A DNA stretch of 64,000 bases, from contig CAWJKZ010000004.1 of assembly GCA_963843575.1 (NCBI GenBank), forward strand, positions 32,001-96,000. Reading direction: 5' to 3'. This DNA is from an uncultured Acidobacteriota bacterium. GTDB lineage: Bacteria > Acidobacteriota > UBA6911. This document shows, in pieces, positions 1-9,791 of the stretch (position 1 is the stretch's first letter; each line of letters starts with the position of its first letter). The notes below the pieces were generated by a model. That model saw only the letters and a list, made by a program, of their open reading frames with translations, had not been told where the DNA came from and did no database searches. Both the position numbers and the translations under genes were made by a program.

Positions 1-1
1 A

Positions 2-484
2 CCCGTGGGCGGTGAAACTGAACGGTATCCCTGCCAGCCGCCCTGCGATCAAGGCCGCGACCGCCGGGTGGTTGGCGAAGTGGGCGTGTATGTGCTCGAC
101 CCCGAGCCGCTGCATACGGTCCGCGAAGTGCACAGACTTGGGGAAAACCCCGACAGCGCCGGCCAGGAAATTGGCGCTCCCCAGAGCGCTGCGCAGCACG
201 TCCCGCCACAACGCAAGGTACTTCCGAGGCGACCTGCGGAGGAAGGCGAGGTTCGACCGGAGAATCGGCAGGGAGAGGAACGGCGTGTAGTGCGCGTTCC
301 TGGCGAGTCTCACGGCGTCGTCGTGCACGACCCGCGAGGGCTCGCGCAACAACGGGAACACCTCCACCTGCACCCCCCGCGCCTCCATCGCCAGAATCTC
401 GTTCAGCACGAAGGTTTCGGTGAGCTTGGGGAAGCGGGACATTATGTAGGCGAGACGAGTCCGCGGGGGTGTCTGGGGGTTCAC
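2..484 (-). CDS. GT4 glycosyltransferase, WcaL-like (3' part outside window)
   Basis: Read manually (absent from the ORF track because it has no stop in the window). GTG at 484 overlaps the upstream TGA. Translation has LAYIMSRFPKLTETFVLNEILAME and HIHAHFANHPAVAALIAGRLAGIPFSFTAHG, typical of WcaL-like GT4 N-termini. Confidence 0.85.
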   Translation of the reverse strand, partial: MNPQTPPRTRLAYIMSRFPKLTETFVLNEILAMEARGVQVEVFPLLREPSRVVHDDAVRLARNAHYTPFLSLPILRSNLAFLRRSPRKYLALWRDVLRSALGSANFLAGAVGVFPKSVHFADRMQRLGVEHIHAHFANHPAVAALIAGRLAGIPFSFTAHG

Positions 485-1455
485 CGCGAACCTCCGTTCC
501 AGGACAAGGACCAGCGCGGCGACGCCGCGCCGTGACGGACCGTGTCCAGGTAGCTGGCCCAGCGCTGCAGCCTCAGGCGGAAAATCGGGGCCGAGGTGCG
601 GGGCGTGATGTTCGTGCGCCGCAGCCGCAGGGGATCCACGGTGTTCAGATCGTTCTGCCCGTCCAGGACCGTGAAGGCGAGCGCTACCCCTTCCTCCCTC
701 AGGATCCGCACGACGGTCTCGTCGTGCGCCCCCGCGGGGTAACAGAACGCCGGGAGCGTCCTGCCGGTTTCCCGCTCCAGGTCGCACGCAGCCCCTCGGA
801 CCTCCTCGCGCACCTCTTCCGGCGGCAGACGCGTCAGCAGGGCGTGATTGCGCGTGTGCGAAGCGAGGGCGACGCCGTCGCCCGCCAGGGACCGAAGCTC
901 TTCCCACCCGTGCACGCTTGCCGGGGCAGGCGGGGTCGCGGCGCCGCCAGCGGCGCAGACGCTGTCCACCAGGCGCATCGCCTCCGCGTGCGGCATCGAT
1001 TTGACCAGGGCCTGGAGGCGCCGCACCGCCTGCCGGCGAAACGGAGGGGCAAATAGCGGTAGATCACCGATCTCGGCGACGGAGATCGTGTCGCCGGGAT
1101 AATCCGCAATCGACCGGAACAGCCGGTCCCACCAGAACGATCGTGCCGGATCGCCGGGATAGCCCGTCGGGACGAACAGGGTCGCCGGCAGCCGGTTTCG
1201 CCTGAGGATCGGCCACGCGATCTCGCCAAAGTCGCGATAGGCGTCGTCGAAGGTGATCAAGACGGCGCGACGCGGCAGTTTCGTCCCGCGCGCGGCCGCA
1301 TCGATCACCTCCTCGAGGGTGAGCGCGGCATAGCGCCGGGACAGGTAGGCCATCTGCTGCTCGAACACGGCGGGCAGCGCGCTGACCATCGCGGGATTCA
1401 GCCAGGGGGTGGACTGCGGATCGGCCACCCGGTGATAGGTGAGGACGCGAAGCAT
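481..1455 (-). CDS. Polysaccharide deacetylase (CE4, PgaB/IcaB-like)
   Basis: ATG at 1455 after GGAGGG. Motifs LTYHRV, ITFDDAYRD, LASHTRNH, FCYPAG. The track ORF's extension to 2160 is a shadow of the next gene. Confidence 0.9.
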   Translation of the reverse strand: MLRVLTYHRVADPQSTPWLNPAMVSALPAVFEQQMAYLSRRYAALTLEEVIDAAARGTKLPRRAVLITFDDAYRDFGEIAWPILRRNRLPATLFVPTGYPGDPARSFWWDRLFRSIADYPGDTISVAEIGDLPLFAPPFRRQAVRRLQALVKSMPHAEAMRLVDSVCAAGGAATPPAPASVHGWEELRSLAGDGVALASHTRNHALLTRLPPEEVREEVRGAACDLERETGRTLPAFCYPAGAHDETVVRILREEGVALAFTVLDGQNDLNTVDPLRLRRTNITPRTSAPIFRLRLQRWASYLDTVRHGAASPRWSLSWNGGSR

Positions 1456-1463
1456 GATCCCTC

Positions 1464-2135
1464 CTAGGCGGCGACCGCCGAGGTCTTGCCGCCGGCGCAG
1501 AAGCGCAACACGTGTTGGGCCACCTCGCCGTAAACCCTGTCGACGGGTTGCGCCACGTCGACGCGCACGAAGTTGCGGCACCGCTGCGCCTCGCGCAGGA
1601 GGACGCGGCGGCGTCTCTCGAGCACTTCGGGCGTAAACTCCCCCTTCCGGGCGAAGAGAAGCTCGGCGGGCGCGTCCAGGAGGATCACCAGGTCCGGCCG
1701 CGGGAAGAAGCGTGCAATGAGCCAGCGGTGCAGCCGCCTGGGCAGGGGCTCCCGCGCGGATTCGTCGTCCGGGGCAGCGAAATCGAACACAAAGTGACGG
1801 TCGTAAAGGACAACGTAGCCTCGCCGTTCGTAGTACCAGGAAACCACCCCCCGGAACCACTCCTCGCCCAGCAGGTGAAACAACCTCAGGGTTCCACGGA
1901 GCGTGCCCGAACGCCTGCGCGGCTGCGACGGGGCGGCCGGGGCAGCCGCAACCTTCTGGGACGGCCGGCTGCGCCACCAGTGGAGCAGGCGCGTGGTCGG
2001 CAGGGCCACGTTGCTGGCCGAGAAATTGATGCCCATGTAGACGTATTTGAACGGGAGCAAACAGGACTGTTCCAGCATACGGCAGATAGTGGTCTTCCCG
2101 GCGCCGTCCGGGCCAATCAACGCGATCGAAGCCAT
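1464..2135 (-). CDS. Thymidylate-kinase-like P-loop kinase, EPS-associated
   Basis: Walker A GPDGAGKTT, LYDRH, PRPDLVILLDAP, lid ARKGE; lies inside the polysaccharide operon. Confidence 0.8.
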   Translation of the reverse strand: MASIALIGPDGAGKTTICRMLEQSCLLPFKYVYMGINFSASNVALPTTRLLHWWRSRPSQKVAAAPAAPSQPRRRSGTLRGTLRLFHLLGEEWFRGVVSWYYERRGYVVLYDRHFVFDFAAPDDESAREPLPRRLHRWLIARFFPRPDLVILLDAPAELLFARKGEFTPEVLERRRRVLLREAQRCRNFVRVDVAQPVDRVYGEVAQHVLRFCAGGKTSAVAA

Positions 2136-2185
2136 ATTTCCGACGCTCCCCGATGTTCACCTTCGTGCACGGCCGCGGACTCCGG

Positions 2186-3688
2186 CTACTCCAGGGTCCG
2201 CCGCCAGCGTGCCTCGACCCAATCCTGCTGTTCCTGGCGGATCACATACAGCGCAGCCGCCGACAGAGCCAGCAGGAACCAGTAGTACCTCTCGAATGCC
2301 AGGTGCAGAAAAACCCCGGTGCCCAGGTAGGCGATGATGGCGAAGCAGAAGGCAGTAGCCAGGCGAGCGAGCTGGGGCTGGGCCGCCGCGCAGCTGCGGC
2401 GCGCCCGCCACAGTTTCCTGAGCAGGACAATCGGCAGCGAGAGGAAGAGCGTCAGCCCCAGCAGACCGGTTTCGGCGGCCATCTCGAGGTACAGGTCGTG
2501 CCCTCGCCGGTGGGTCGCCACCTGCCGCAACTGCACATCCGGGTCGAGCTGATACTGCTGCGAATAAAATGGCATGTACTGTCCCGGGCCGACCCCGAGA
2601 AAGGGGTGATCGAGAAACACGTGCAACGAGGCGAGCATCTCGGTCGCGCGGCCCTTGAAAACGCGGTCGGTCTCGACGCTGGGGTCCTTGGTCACGAGCC
2701 CCTGGGCCCCAACCAGCGTTTGTATCCGCAGGTAGTAGCTGGGGGCGACAAACGGGACCGCGACGGCCAGGAGGACCACGACGGTTGCGACGTGCACCAG
2801 TCGGAGCGAGCCCACGGCCACGAGCAGGGCGACCAACAGGGCGAGGGTGACGAAGGCGCCCCGCGAATAGGAGAGCAGCACCCCGCACATCAGCATCGCG
2901 CAGGCGGCCAGGATAGCCATCTTGCGCAGGGGAGAGCGCTCGCTCCAGAACCGGTACGCGCCCAGGGGCAGGAGCACGAGCAGTATCTGGGCATATCGGT
3001 TGGGATCTCCGACCGGCCCGGCCGCGCGGTCCGAGAGGCGCACCCCGGACTTGGGCGCCGCCCCCGGCAGCACCGGCTTGTCCTCGTCCAGCCCGAGGTC
3101 GCGCTGGGCCAGCCCGCCAAACTGCCGGTCGTACGAGTGCGTGACAGCCTGGTACAGGCTCAGCCCTCCGAGGAGCGCGGCGGCCAGAAGAGCGGCCCCG
3201 ACGGCGGTCCTGAGCCCCGTGCGGCTCCGGACCGCGTTGATGACCAGGAAATAGAGCAGGAGTCCTTCCGCTGCAAAAGAAAGGACGTGTTTCGCGGCAA
3301 TCGCAAAGTCCTGGGCGGCAAACGAAGACAGGAGCTGGGCTACGAGAAACGACAGCATCAGCAGGAAGACGGAGTCCACCCTGAGGCCCTCGCGACGCGC
3401 GAGCCAGTAGTAGGCGACCTGAATGACCAGCGGCACGACCAGGCAGGCGGCGAGCAATTGCGGGTAGGGGAGCAGCCGCTGAAGGACGACGACGACGTTC
3501 GAGTAGAGCAGAAACACGGCGGTGAAGGTCGCCGCGTGCGGGCGGACCAGGATGATGCCGATCGCTGCGGCCGCCACGCCGGAAAGAAATATCATGGGCG
3601 CGCCCAGGATCGGAATCAGCAGAACCAGGGTGCCGAACAGCAGGGCGCACAGGAACCAGGGACGGGAAGCTTCTCTGAGGACCATCAT
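2186..3688 (-). CDS. wzy: O-antigen ligase/Wzy-family polysaccharide polymerase
   Basis: Many TM segments; RAAGPVGDPNRYA, SYSRGA, HPFLGVGPGQY, HDLYLEMAAETGLLG. ATG at 3688 overlaps the wzx stop (ATGA). Confidence 0.85.
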   Translation of the reverse strand: MMVLREASRPWFLCALLFGTLVLLIPILGAPMIFLSGVAAAAIGIILVRPHAATFTAVFLLYSNVVVVLQRLLPYPQLLAACLVVPLVIQVAYYWLARREGLRVDSVFLLMLSFLVAQLLSSFAAQDFAIAAKHVLSFAAEGLLLYFLVINAVRSRTGLRTAVGAALLAAALLGGLSLYQAVTHSYDRQFGGLAQRDLGLDEDKPVLPGAAPKSGVRLSDRAAGPVGDPNRYAQILLVLLPLGAYRFWSERSPLRKMAILAACAMLMCGVLLSYSRGAFVTLALLVALLVAVGSLRLVHVATVVVLLAVAVPFVAPSYYLRIQTLVGAQGLVTKDPSVETDRVFKGRATEMLASLHVFLDHPFLGVGPGQYMPFYSQQYQLDPDVQLRQVATHRRGHDLYLEMAAETGLLGLTLFLSLPIVLLRKLWRARRSCAAAQPQLARLATAFCFAIIAYLGTGVFLHLAFERYYWFLLALSAAALYVIRQEQQDWVEARWRRTLE

Positions 3689-5232
3689 GTGAGGATCGCT
3701 CGCATCCAGCGGAACCTGAGCACCTCGGGGAAGGTCTCCGCAAGTTTCAGTGTCCGCCTGCACCAGATGAACACGAAGCCGGACACCACCAGTGCCAGGG
3801 CAAGCAGGAGCCGGGTTTGCCCGGGGATGAAGAACTGCAGGACCAACAGCCCCAGGGCACCGAGCGAGATGCAGGCGTAGGTGCCGGAATACCGGCCGTC
3901 GAAGATGCTGACGCCGGTGGCCCGTCGCAGGCCCGCCTGCTTGAGCACGTTGTGGGCGATAAGCGCCGCCGAGGTGGCGATCGCGGCACCCAGTGCGCCA
4001 TAGAAGGGGATCAGGACCAGGCTCAACGCGATGTGCAGGAGCGCGGCCAGGACGCTGGTCGTGACGATGTACCGGACGCGGTTGAGCACCTTCAGGGTCA
4101 GACCGTTGAAGCCCAGTGCAGCGTTGACGTACTGGCCGAGCGAGAGCAAGGCGAGGTAGAGTCCGGCGTCTTTGTACTCCGGGCCGTAGAGAAACACCAC
4201 CAGGGGCTGCGCCGCGGAAAACGTGAGGGCGAACACCGGGAAGCTCAGGACAGCCAGCCAGACCGCGGTACGCCAGTAGAGGTCGTTGATCGCCGAGAAG
4301 TTCTCCTTGGCGAACAGCCGCGCCGCCGCCGGGGTGTACAGCAGGCCGAAGCTGCGCATCACCGCCACGTTCACCGCCGCGAGGGGCACGGCCACACGGA
4401 ACATCCCCACCGCGTCGAGGTTGTGGAAATAGCCCAGGAGCATCACGGCGAAGGCCGGCAGAAAATCCCCCAACAGATCGGTGGAGAGCACCGGGAGCGT
4501 GAAGGCGAAAACCTCCCGAACCGGGACGCTCACGCCCCGCAGCTTGAAGTGGGCGAACAGCCCCTGGGTTTGGAACAATCGGAAGGTGAGCAGAGCGTTG
4601 ATCAGCACGCCCAGCCCGCTTGCCGCCAGATAGCCGTAAGCGAGGAAGGTGATCCCGGCGCCGGACCAGACCAGGACCAGCACCGCAGCCACCTTAAGTG
4701 CCGGACCGAGGATGTACCGCCGAAAGAGGATGGTGCGCGACCGCCCGAAACAGGCAAACATGCCGACCAGCAGGCTGTCGATGGCCTCCATCGGCACGAG
4801 AAAAATGGCGATCAGGAGCAGCGCGACCGGCTGGCGTTCGTCGTTGATGAGCCGGGCGATCAGCTCCGGGAAAAGGTAGAACGCCCCGATGATGAGGGCG
4901 CTCAGGCATAGGATCGATCCGAGCATCAGCAGAGCCGTGCCGAACAGCCTGTCATACTCTTCGCGCTCGTGATAGATCGAGAAGAACCTCGTGGCGGCCT
5001 TGTCGAGCCCCATTGCGGCAATTGTCTGCAGGAAAGTCACGATCGAAAGCGCGTAGGCCCAGGCGCCGTAGTCTCCCTTGGACAGGTGGCGGACGATCAG
5101 GACCTGGATGAGGAGGTTGCCGCCAAGCGAGGCGATTCTCCCCAGCAGCAGCACCGTGGAGCCGCGTATCGGTTTTCGGGCGAAGTCGTGCTCCGACGGG
5201 CCGCTGGTCGTGGTCGGATCGGGTTGTGTCAT
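3685..5232 (-). CDS. wzx: Wzx flippase (polysaccharide biosynthesis protein)
   Basis: 515 aa, about 12-14 hydrophobic segments, IVRHLSKGDYGAW and LYGPEY motifs of the PST family; operon context. Confidence 0.88.
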   Translation of the reverse strand: MTQPDPTTTSGPSEHDFARKPIRGSTVLLLGRIASLGGNLLIQVLIVRHLSKGDYGAWAYALSIVTFLQTIAAMGLDKAATRFFSIYHEREEYDRLFGTALLMLGSILCLSALIIGAFYLFPELIARLINDERQPVALLLIAIFLVPMEAIDSLLVGMFACFGRSRTILFRRYILGPALKVAAVLVLVWSGAGITFLAYGYLAASGLGVLINALLTFRLFQTQGLFAHFKLRGVSVPVREVFAFTLPVLSTDLLGDFLPAFAVMLLGYFHNLDAVGMFRVAVPLAAVNVAVMRSFGLLYTPAAARLFAKENFSAINDLYWRTAVWLAVLSFPVFALTFSAAQPLVVFLYGPEYKDAGLYLALLSLGQYVNAALGFNGLTLKVLNRVRYIVTTSVLAALLHIALSLVLIPFYGALGAAIATSAALIAHNVLKQAGLRRATGVSIFDGRYSGTYACISLGALGLLVLQFFIPGQTRLLLALALVVSGFVFIWCRRTLKLAETFPEVLRFRWMRAILT

Positions 5233-7718
5233 GACCGGGACGCCTCGGCGCGCGGCGCAAAACCGCCCAGAACGGCATGCTGCCGGACGAGGACGCTTGC
5301 CGCGGGCGGCGGATCCCCGACTTGCTGCGACGCCGCACTCTCGCAGAAGGGGCTCATCCTTTCGTACAACTCGTCGAGCGAACAGGGGTAGGGGTGCCGG
5401 ACGATGTACGCGTCCTTGCCGGAGAGGGCCCGCCGGAGGAGCTGCCGCTGCAGATCGTAGGCGTGCTCGATGAAATCGTTGGCCCGGCTGGGGAAGGCGA
5501 ACCGGTACGCAAGATAGTTGGAGAAAAACGGGAGCTGCTCGTAGCGAATGGACTCACACATGTGCTCGGCAACCTGCATGGGGTCGGTCGGTTCCACCTC
5601 GATGCCCGGGCCGGCGTGACTCATCATGAAAAAGACCTTCCTGGGCACCATGGAGAACGGGCCCAGCGAATCTCCGAAGACGACCCGCGGATCGAACTGG
5701 GCGTTCAGCTGCCGCCGCAATGCGGGGACGGCTCCCCGGAGACGCCGCACGAAAGCAGAGCGCCGTGCCACCCGCTCGGGAAACAGCCCCTGGCAACGCT
5801 CGAACACCCGGACAGCCCGGAAAAAGAAGCGGTCTGCTGCGCGTACGTGCGTGCGCATGTTCGGAAGCTGCGCCAGGTGCCATTGCTGCAGACGGATGTG
5901 TTCGGGGATGCCAAAAGCGGAGCGGCCGTCGGCGGTGAGCAACACCCACTCGTCTCCGACATAGCGGGCCCCCCGTTGCGAGAAGGCAAGCAGTGCCTCG
6001 GTCTTGCCCCCCTTTGCCCAGCCGGTCACCACGACGCCCGTCCCCTTGTGCAGGAACGCCGACGCGTGAAGCGGGACGCACTCTTTCGCGAGCAGCGTCA
6101 TGTTGATGATAGCCAGCAGCAGCGGCACCGCGGATATCCCGGTCTGACAAACGATCTCGCATGAGCCGCCGATCTGCTGAAAATCGATCCGGACCCTGGC
6201 CGGCTGCTTGCGGCTCTGAAGGATGTAGAAGCCGTCCTCGGTGAAACCGCTCTTGCCCAGCTCCACGTGCCGCAGCTCGGGGACCGGCAGGTGATCCACG
6301 AATCGCACCGTTATGTCGGGGGGGCCGGAGAGCCGCCCCTGCAGCGGCCCGAGCTGCCGGCGCACGGCCGCCACGTCGCCCGGGGCCGGGTCCACGAGCC
6401 GCACGCCAACGAGGCCGTGGACGTCGAAGTCCACTGCCGGACGCGAGGCCGGCGTCGCTTGAGCATACGGCGCCTCGGCGAGCACGCCGGCCGCCGAGCC
6501 GGACGGCTTTGAGCCGCGGCCCTTCAGCAGAACGCCGGCGCCCTTCAGCAGGTCGGCAAAAAAGGGCGCGGGGTCCTTCCAGGAGAAAAGGGCCTCGACC
6601 TTGGGGCCGCGCAACGACCGCAGCCAATCCCGAAGCGTGAGGCGGCCCCGTCGCCACGAGGTCAACGCCGACTGGAAGTCGCGGCGCAGGTAGACCCACT
6701 TTACGCCGGTGTACCTCTGCTCGCGTCGTTCGGGGAGCGGCCATCCCAGGGCGTCGCAGTACTGGGTGTAGAGAAAATCCACTCCCGCCGCCTCGGCGGT
6801 CGCCGACCGGCCGGTGGGACGCCCTATGTTGGGTTCGATCAGGAAGTACTTGCCCAGGCGTGTGTCCAGCTTCATCTCCATGTATCCAAAACCACGGTGC
6901 CGCACGGCCTGAAAGAAGCGCACCGTCTCCTGGAGGACAAGATCGTTCCTGCACTCCTGGCCGAGACAGCCGGTCCCCGCCACCGGGGGCCACTCGCGCA
7001 GCTTGCGCGTGACGAACGTAACCAGCGGCTGCCCGTCGGCGCCGAAGTAGGCGTTGCAGGTGTAGTTGGGCGAATCGTCTCCGTGCACCCACTCCTGGAC
7101 CAGGAGCGCCTCGGCATACCCGGCACATCGGTCGTACAGGGCGCGCAGTTCCCCGGCGTCCCGCACCACGAAGGCCTTCGCCGACATGTGCCGTTCCCAC
7201 TCCGGAAGCTTCACCGACGGCTTCAGGACGGCGGGATAACTCAGCTGCCGCGCCGCTTCCCCGACGTCGTCGGCCGAACGCAGCAGAAACGTCGAGGGAA
7301 CCACGAATCCGTGCTTCCGGGCGAATCCGTAGAACCCTATCTTGTCGACCAGCATCTCGACGATATCCGCCGGCGGCAGGAGGATGTGGTACCACTGTTC
7401 CAGGTGACTGCGGCAGCGCGAGATTTCGAGGACGCTGAGATCGGTGCAAGGGTAAAGCACGGCCCGCGCGGGAAGGCGGGGGCCGAGCCTCCCCAGCGCG
7501 GCGGTCAACCCGGGTCCGCCCGTGTCGGCAAAGTGGATCTCCTGGCAACTCCTTGTACGGCAGCAGGGGTGGCGGCGGTTCTTGGCCACCCCGATGACCG
7601 GCACCGCGTGCCGATACGCCAGGATGTGCGCCGTCTGCAGGCCCGTCATGCAATCGAGACCGACGACGACTGCGGGCGGCCGCGTTCCCGCCCCGGGTGC
7701 CACTGGGGTCGTTTGCAA
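5229..7718 (-). CDS. ATP-grasp carboxylate-amine ligase (D-aspartate ligase-like) fused to an HprK-like P-loop domain
   Basis: N half: LVDKIGFY, YPAVLKP, LVQEWVHG, MEMKLD, LIEPNIGR. C half: VPLHASAF, GWAKGGKTE, YVGDEWVLL. TTG start after GGAGA. Confidence 0.8.
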   Translation of the reverse strand: MQTTPVAPGAGTRPPAVVVGLDCMTGLQTAHILAYRHAVPVIGVAKNRRHPCCRTRSCQEIHFADTGGPGLTAALGRLGPRLPARAVLYPCTDLSVLEISRCRSHLEQWYHILLPPADIVEMLVDKIGFYGFARKHGFVVPSTFLLRSADDVGEAARQLSYPAVLKPSVKLPEWERHMSAKAFVVRDAGELRALYDRCAGYAEALLVQEWVHGDDSPNYTCNAYFGADGQPLVTFVTRKLREWPPVAGTGCLGQECRNDLVLQETVRFFQAVRHRGFGYMEMKLDTRLGKYFLIEPNIGRPTGRSATAEAAGVDFLYTQYCDALGWPLPERREQRYTGVKWVYLRRDFQSALTSWRRGRLTLRDWLRSLRGPKVEALFSWKDPAPFFADLLKGAGVLLKGRGSKPSGSAAGVLAEAPYAQATPASRPAVDFDVHGLVGVRLVDPAPGDVAAVRRQLGPLQGRLSGPPDITVRFVDHLPVPELRHVELGKSGFTEDGFYILQSRKQPARVRIDFQQIGGSCEIVCQTGISAVPLLLAIINMTLLAKECVPLHASAFLHKGTGVVVTGWAKGGKTEALLAFSQRGARYVGDEWVLLTADGRSAFGIPEHIRLQQWHLAQLPNMRTHVRAADRFFFRAVRVFERCQGLFPERVARRSAFVRRLRGAVPALRRQLNAQFDPRVVFGDSLGPFSMVPRKVFFMMSHAGPGIEVEPTDPMQVAEHMCESIRYEQLPFFSNYLAYRFAFPSRANDFIEHAYDLQRQLLRRALSGKDAYIVRHPYPCSLDELYERMSPFCESAASQQVGDPPPAASVLVRQHAVLGGFAPRAEASRS

Positions 7719-8990
7719 TTACGTCTCCAGTATCTGCCGGCCAGCTTCCCGGCTCGAACTCGAACTCGTGTAGGACGAGGCCTGCATTCTGGCGGGGGCC
7801 GCGACCGGCTTGTCGCCGCCGCCCGCGGACGCGTGCCGTTGCGGCTCCCAGCGCTCCACGCGCCGGCCGCGCACGAACCGGACGAAAGCCACCAGCGAGG
7901 CCAGGTTTGCGAGACAGTAGAAAAACGGCACGTACAGGATCTTCGCGTGCCCCCGCGGGCTCTTTTTGGACAGAAAGCCAGCGCACGCGAAACCGTAAAA
8001 CAGCAGCTGTGCCGCGGCGGCGAGCGCATACAGCCCACGGGTCGCGCTCAGCAGGAGCGATGCGGCAAAGAGCGCCAGGAGCACCGGGGCCATGAGGCGG
8101 CGCAGCACCTTGTGCGTGAACAACACGAGGGCGTAGAAACCCGTCCGGAAGGGATTGAGCAGGCGCCGGCGCAACAGGACGCTTCGGAATCCGCGGGTCA
8201 TCAGCCGCACGCGCCTGGAAAACTCCCGGTGTGCCTCGTCCACCGTTCCTTCCCAGCCCCGCGCCTCGCTTTCAAAAACCAGCCGCCGCCCCCCTTCGAT
8301 GACCGCGGTCGAAATCGCAAAGTCGTCGGTCACGGCGGCATCGGTCACGGGGGGGAAGAACTCGCGCCGTATGGCGTACATGCCGCCGTGGGCGGATATG
8401 ACGCTCCCGGTGAGGCTCTCCATCTGCTTGAGCCACGTGTCGTAATTCCAGTAGAGGTTCTCCCCTTCGCTCGACGACTCGGCGCCCCGGCGCAGCGCGT
8501 AGGACGTGTGCCCCGCCACGCCGCCAACGTCCGGGTCGGCGAAGCTCCGCACCAGCGCCCGCAGCGCCTTGCGGTCATAGATCGTGTTCGCGTCGGAGAA
8601 CACGAGGATCTCGCCGGTGGCGTGGCGCACCGACTCGGCGAGCGCATGGATCTTTCCCCGGCGCGGCAGGGGCAACAGGCGCACGCCGCGTGAGGCGAAC
8701 CCTTCGACGATCCGCTCCGTGGCATCGGCAGAGCCGTCGGAGGCGACGATGATCTGCAGTTGTGCCCGCGGGTAATCCAGCTCCAGGGCGTTTTCGAGCC
8801 GCCCGGCGATCGCGTCCTCCTCGTTGTAAGCCGCGATGATCAGGGAGACCGGCGGCGTGACGTCCTGTTTGCGCACCTTCCGCGGGAACAGCCACCCCAC
8901 CAGCGCGACCAACAACGGGAACCCTGCGTAGACGTAGGCCAGCAACGCCAGGGAACCCCAGAAGGCGATGAGCGAAAGAGTCTCGAGCAT
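7719..8990 (-). CDS. GT2 family glycosyltransferase with TM helices
   Basis: [29 protein letters not shown] (DxD variant), TDDFAIS, RRVRL; ATG at 8990. Confidence 0.9.
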   Translation of the reverse strand: MLETLSLIAFWGSLALLAYVYAGFPLLVALVGWLFPRKVRKQDVTPPVSLIIAAYNEEDAIAGRLENALELDYPRAQLQIIVASDGSADATERIVEGFASRGVRLLPLPRRGKIHALAESVRHATGEILVFSDANTIYDRKALRALVRSFADPDVGGVAGHTSYALRRGAESSSEGENLYWNYDTWLKQMESLTGSVISAHGGMYAIRREFFPPVTDAAVTDDFAISTAVIEGGRRLVFESEARGWEGTVDEAHREFSRRVRLMTRGFRSVLLRRRLLNPFRTGFYALVLFTHKVLRRLMAPVLLALFAASLLLSATRGLYALAAAAQLLFYGFACAGFLSKKSPRGHAKILYVPFFYCLANLASLVAFVRFVRGRRVERWEPQRHASAGGGDKPVAAPARMQASSYTSSSSSREAGRQILET

Positions 8991-8992
8991 TT

Positions 8993-9772
8993 TCAGCTGG
9001 CCCCCCGTCCTTCCAGGACCGCGGCCGCCGTCCGGAACATAATCTGGAGATCGAGCCAGACGGACCGGTTCCGGACATACGCGATGTCGAGCCGCAGGCG
9101 GTCGTCGAAGTCGAGCGAGCTGCGCCCCGAGATTTGCCACAGGCCGGTGAGACCCGGTTTAACCTCGAGCCGGGCGGTGTGCCAGAGGCTGTACGTGCTG
9201 GCGCTGAACGAGGTGGGGCGCGGCCCCACCAGGCTCATGTCCCCACGAATCACGTTGAACAACTGCGGCAGCTCGTCGAGGCTCGTCTTCCGCAGAAACG
9301 CCCCCACGCGCGTGACCCTGGGGTCGTTGGTGATCTTGAAGTCGGGGTAGGTCAGCTCGTTCAGGTGCAGCAGCTGCGCCTTGAGCTCTTCGGCGTTGCG
9401 GACCATGGTGCGCAGCTTGTACATCTTGAAGCGGCGCCCCCCCTTCCCGGTTCTCAGCTGGTGAAACGTCAGCGGGCCGGGGGAATCGAGCCGGATGGCA
9501 AGGGCACATAGCGCGAGGACGACCAGGGCAAACGGCAGGAACGCGAGGCTGATCGTCAGGTCGATGATCCGCTTCGTGCGTTCGTAGCCGGGACCGGGCG
9601 TCGCGACGCGGCTGTCGGCTCGTTCATACCAGGGACCTGCCGAGAGCACGCCGGCCAGGAGTGAACTCCATTGTTCCGGCCAGGCCGCGGCGTCGGACGG
9701 GGCAGACGCGGGAGCCCCGAGCAGGCCGCCTCTGGTAAACGTACTTCGACTCGTCGAGGGTTGCGGTGTCAT
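8993..9772 (-). CDS. Priming (undecaprenyl-phosphate) sugar transferase, Bac_transf family
   Basis: [61 protein letters not shown]. Confidence 0.93.
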   Translation of the reverse strand: MTPQPSTSRSTFTRGGLLGAPASAPSDAAAWPEQWSSLLAGVLSAGPWYERADSRVATPGPGYERTKRIIDLTISLAFLPFALVVLALCALAIRLDSPGPLTFHQLRTGKGGRRFKMYKLRTMVRNAEELKAQLLHLNELTYPDFKITNDPRVTRVGAFLRKTSLDELPQLFNVIRGDMSLVGPRPTSFSASTYSLWHTARLEVKPGLTGLWQISGRSSLDFDDRLRLDIAYVRNRSVWLDLQIMFRTAAAVLEGRGAS

Positions 9773-9791
9773 AGCTGCACTCCTAAGGGAA

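Noticed and set aside
481-2160. 559-aa track ORF as a fusion protein
   Set aside because: The first ~235 aa are an off-frame shadow of the kinase gene; the real deacetylase starts at ATG 1455 with its own RBS.
2153-8693. Long antisense or alternate-frame ORFs (e.g. 2153-3880 +, 5554-7986 -, 6897-8693 +)
   Set aside because: Arg/Gly/Pro-rich shadow ORFs expected in high-GC DNA, overlapping well-supported genes.
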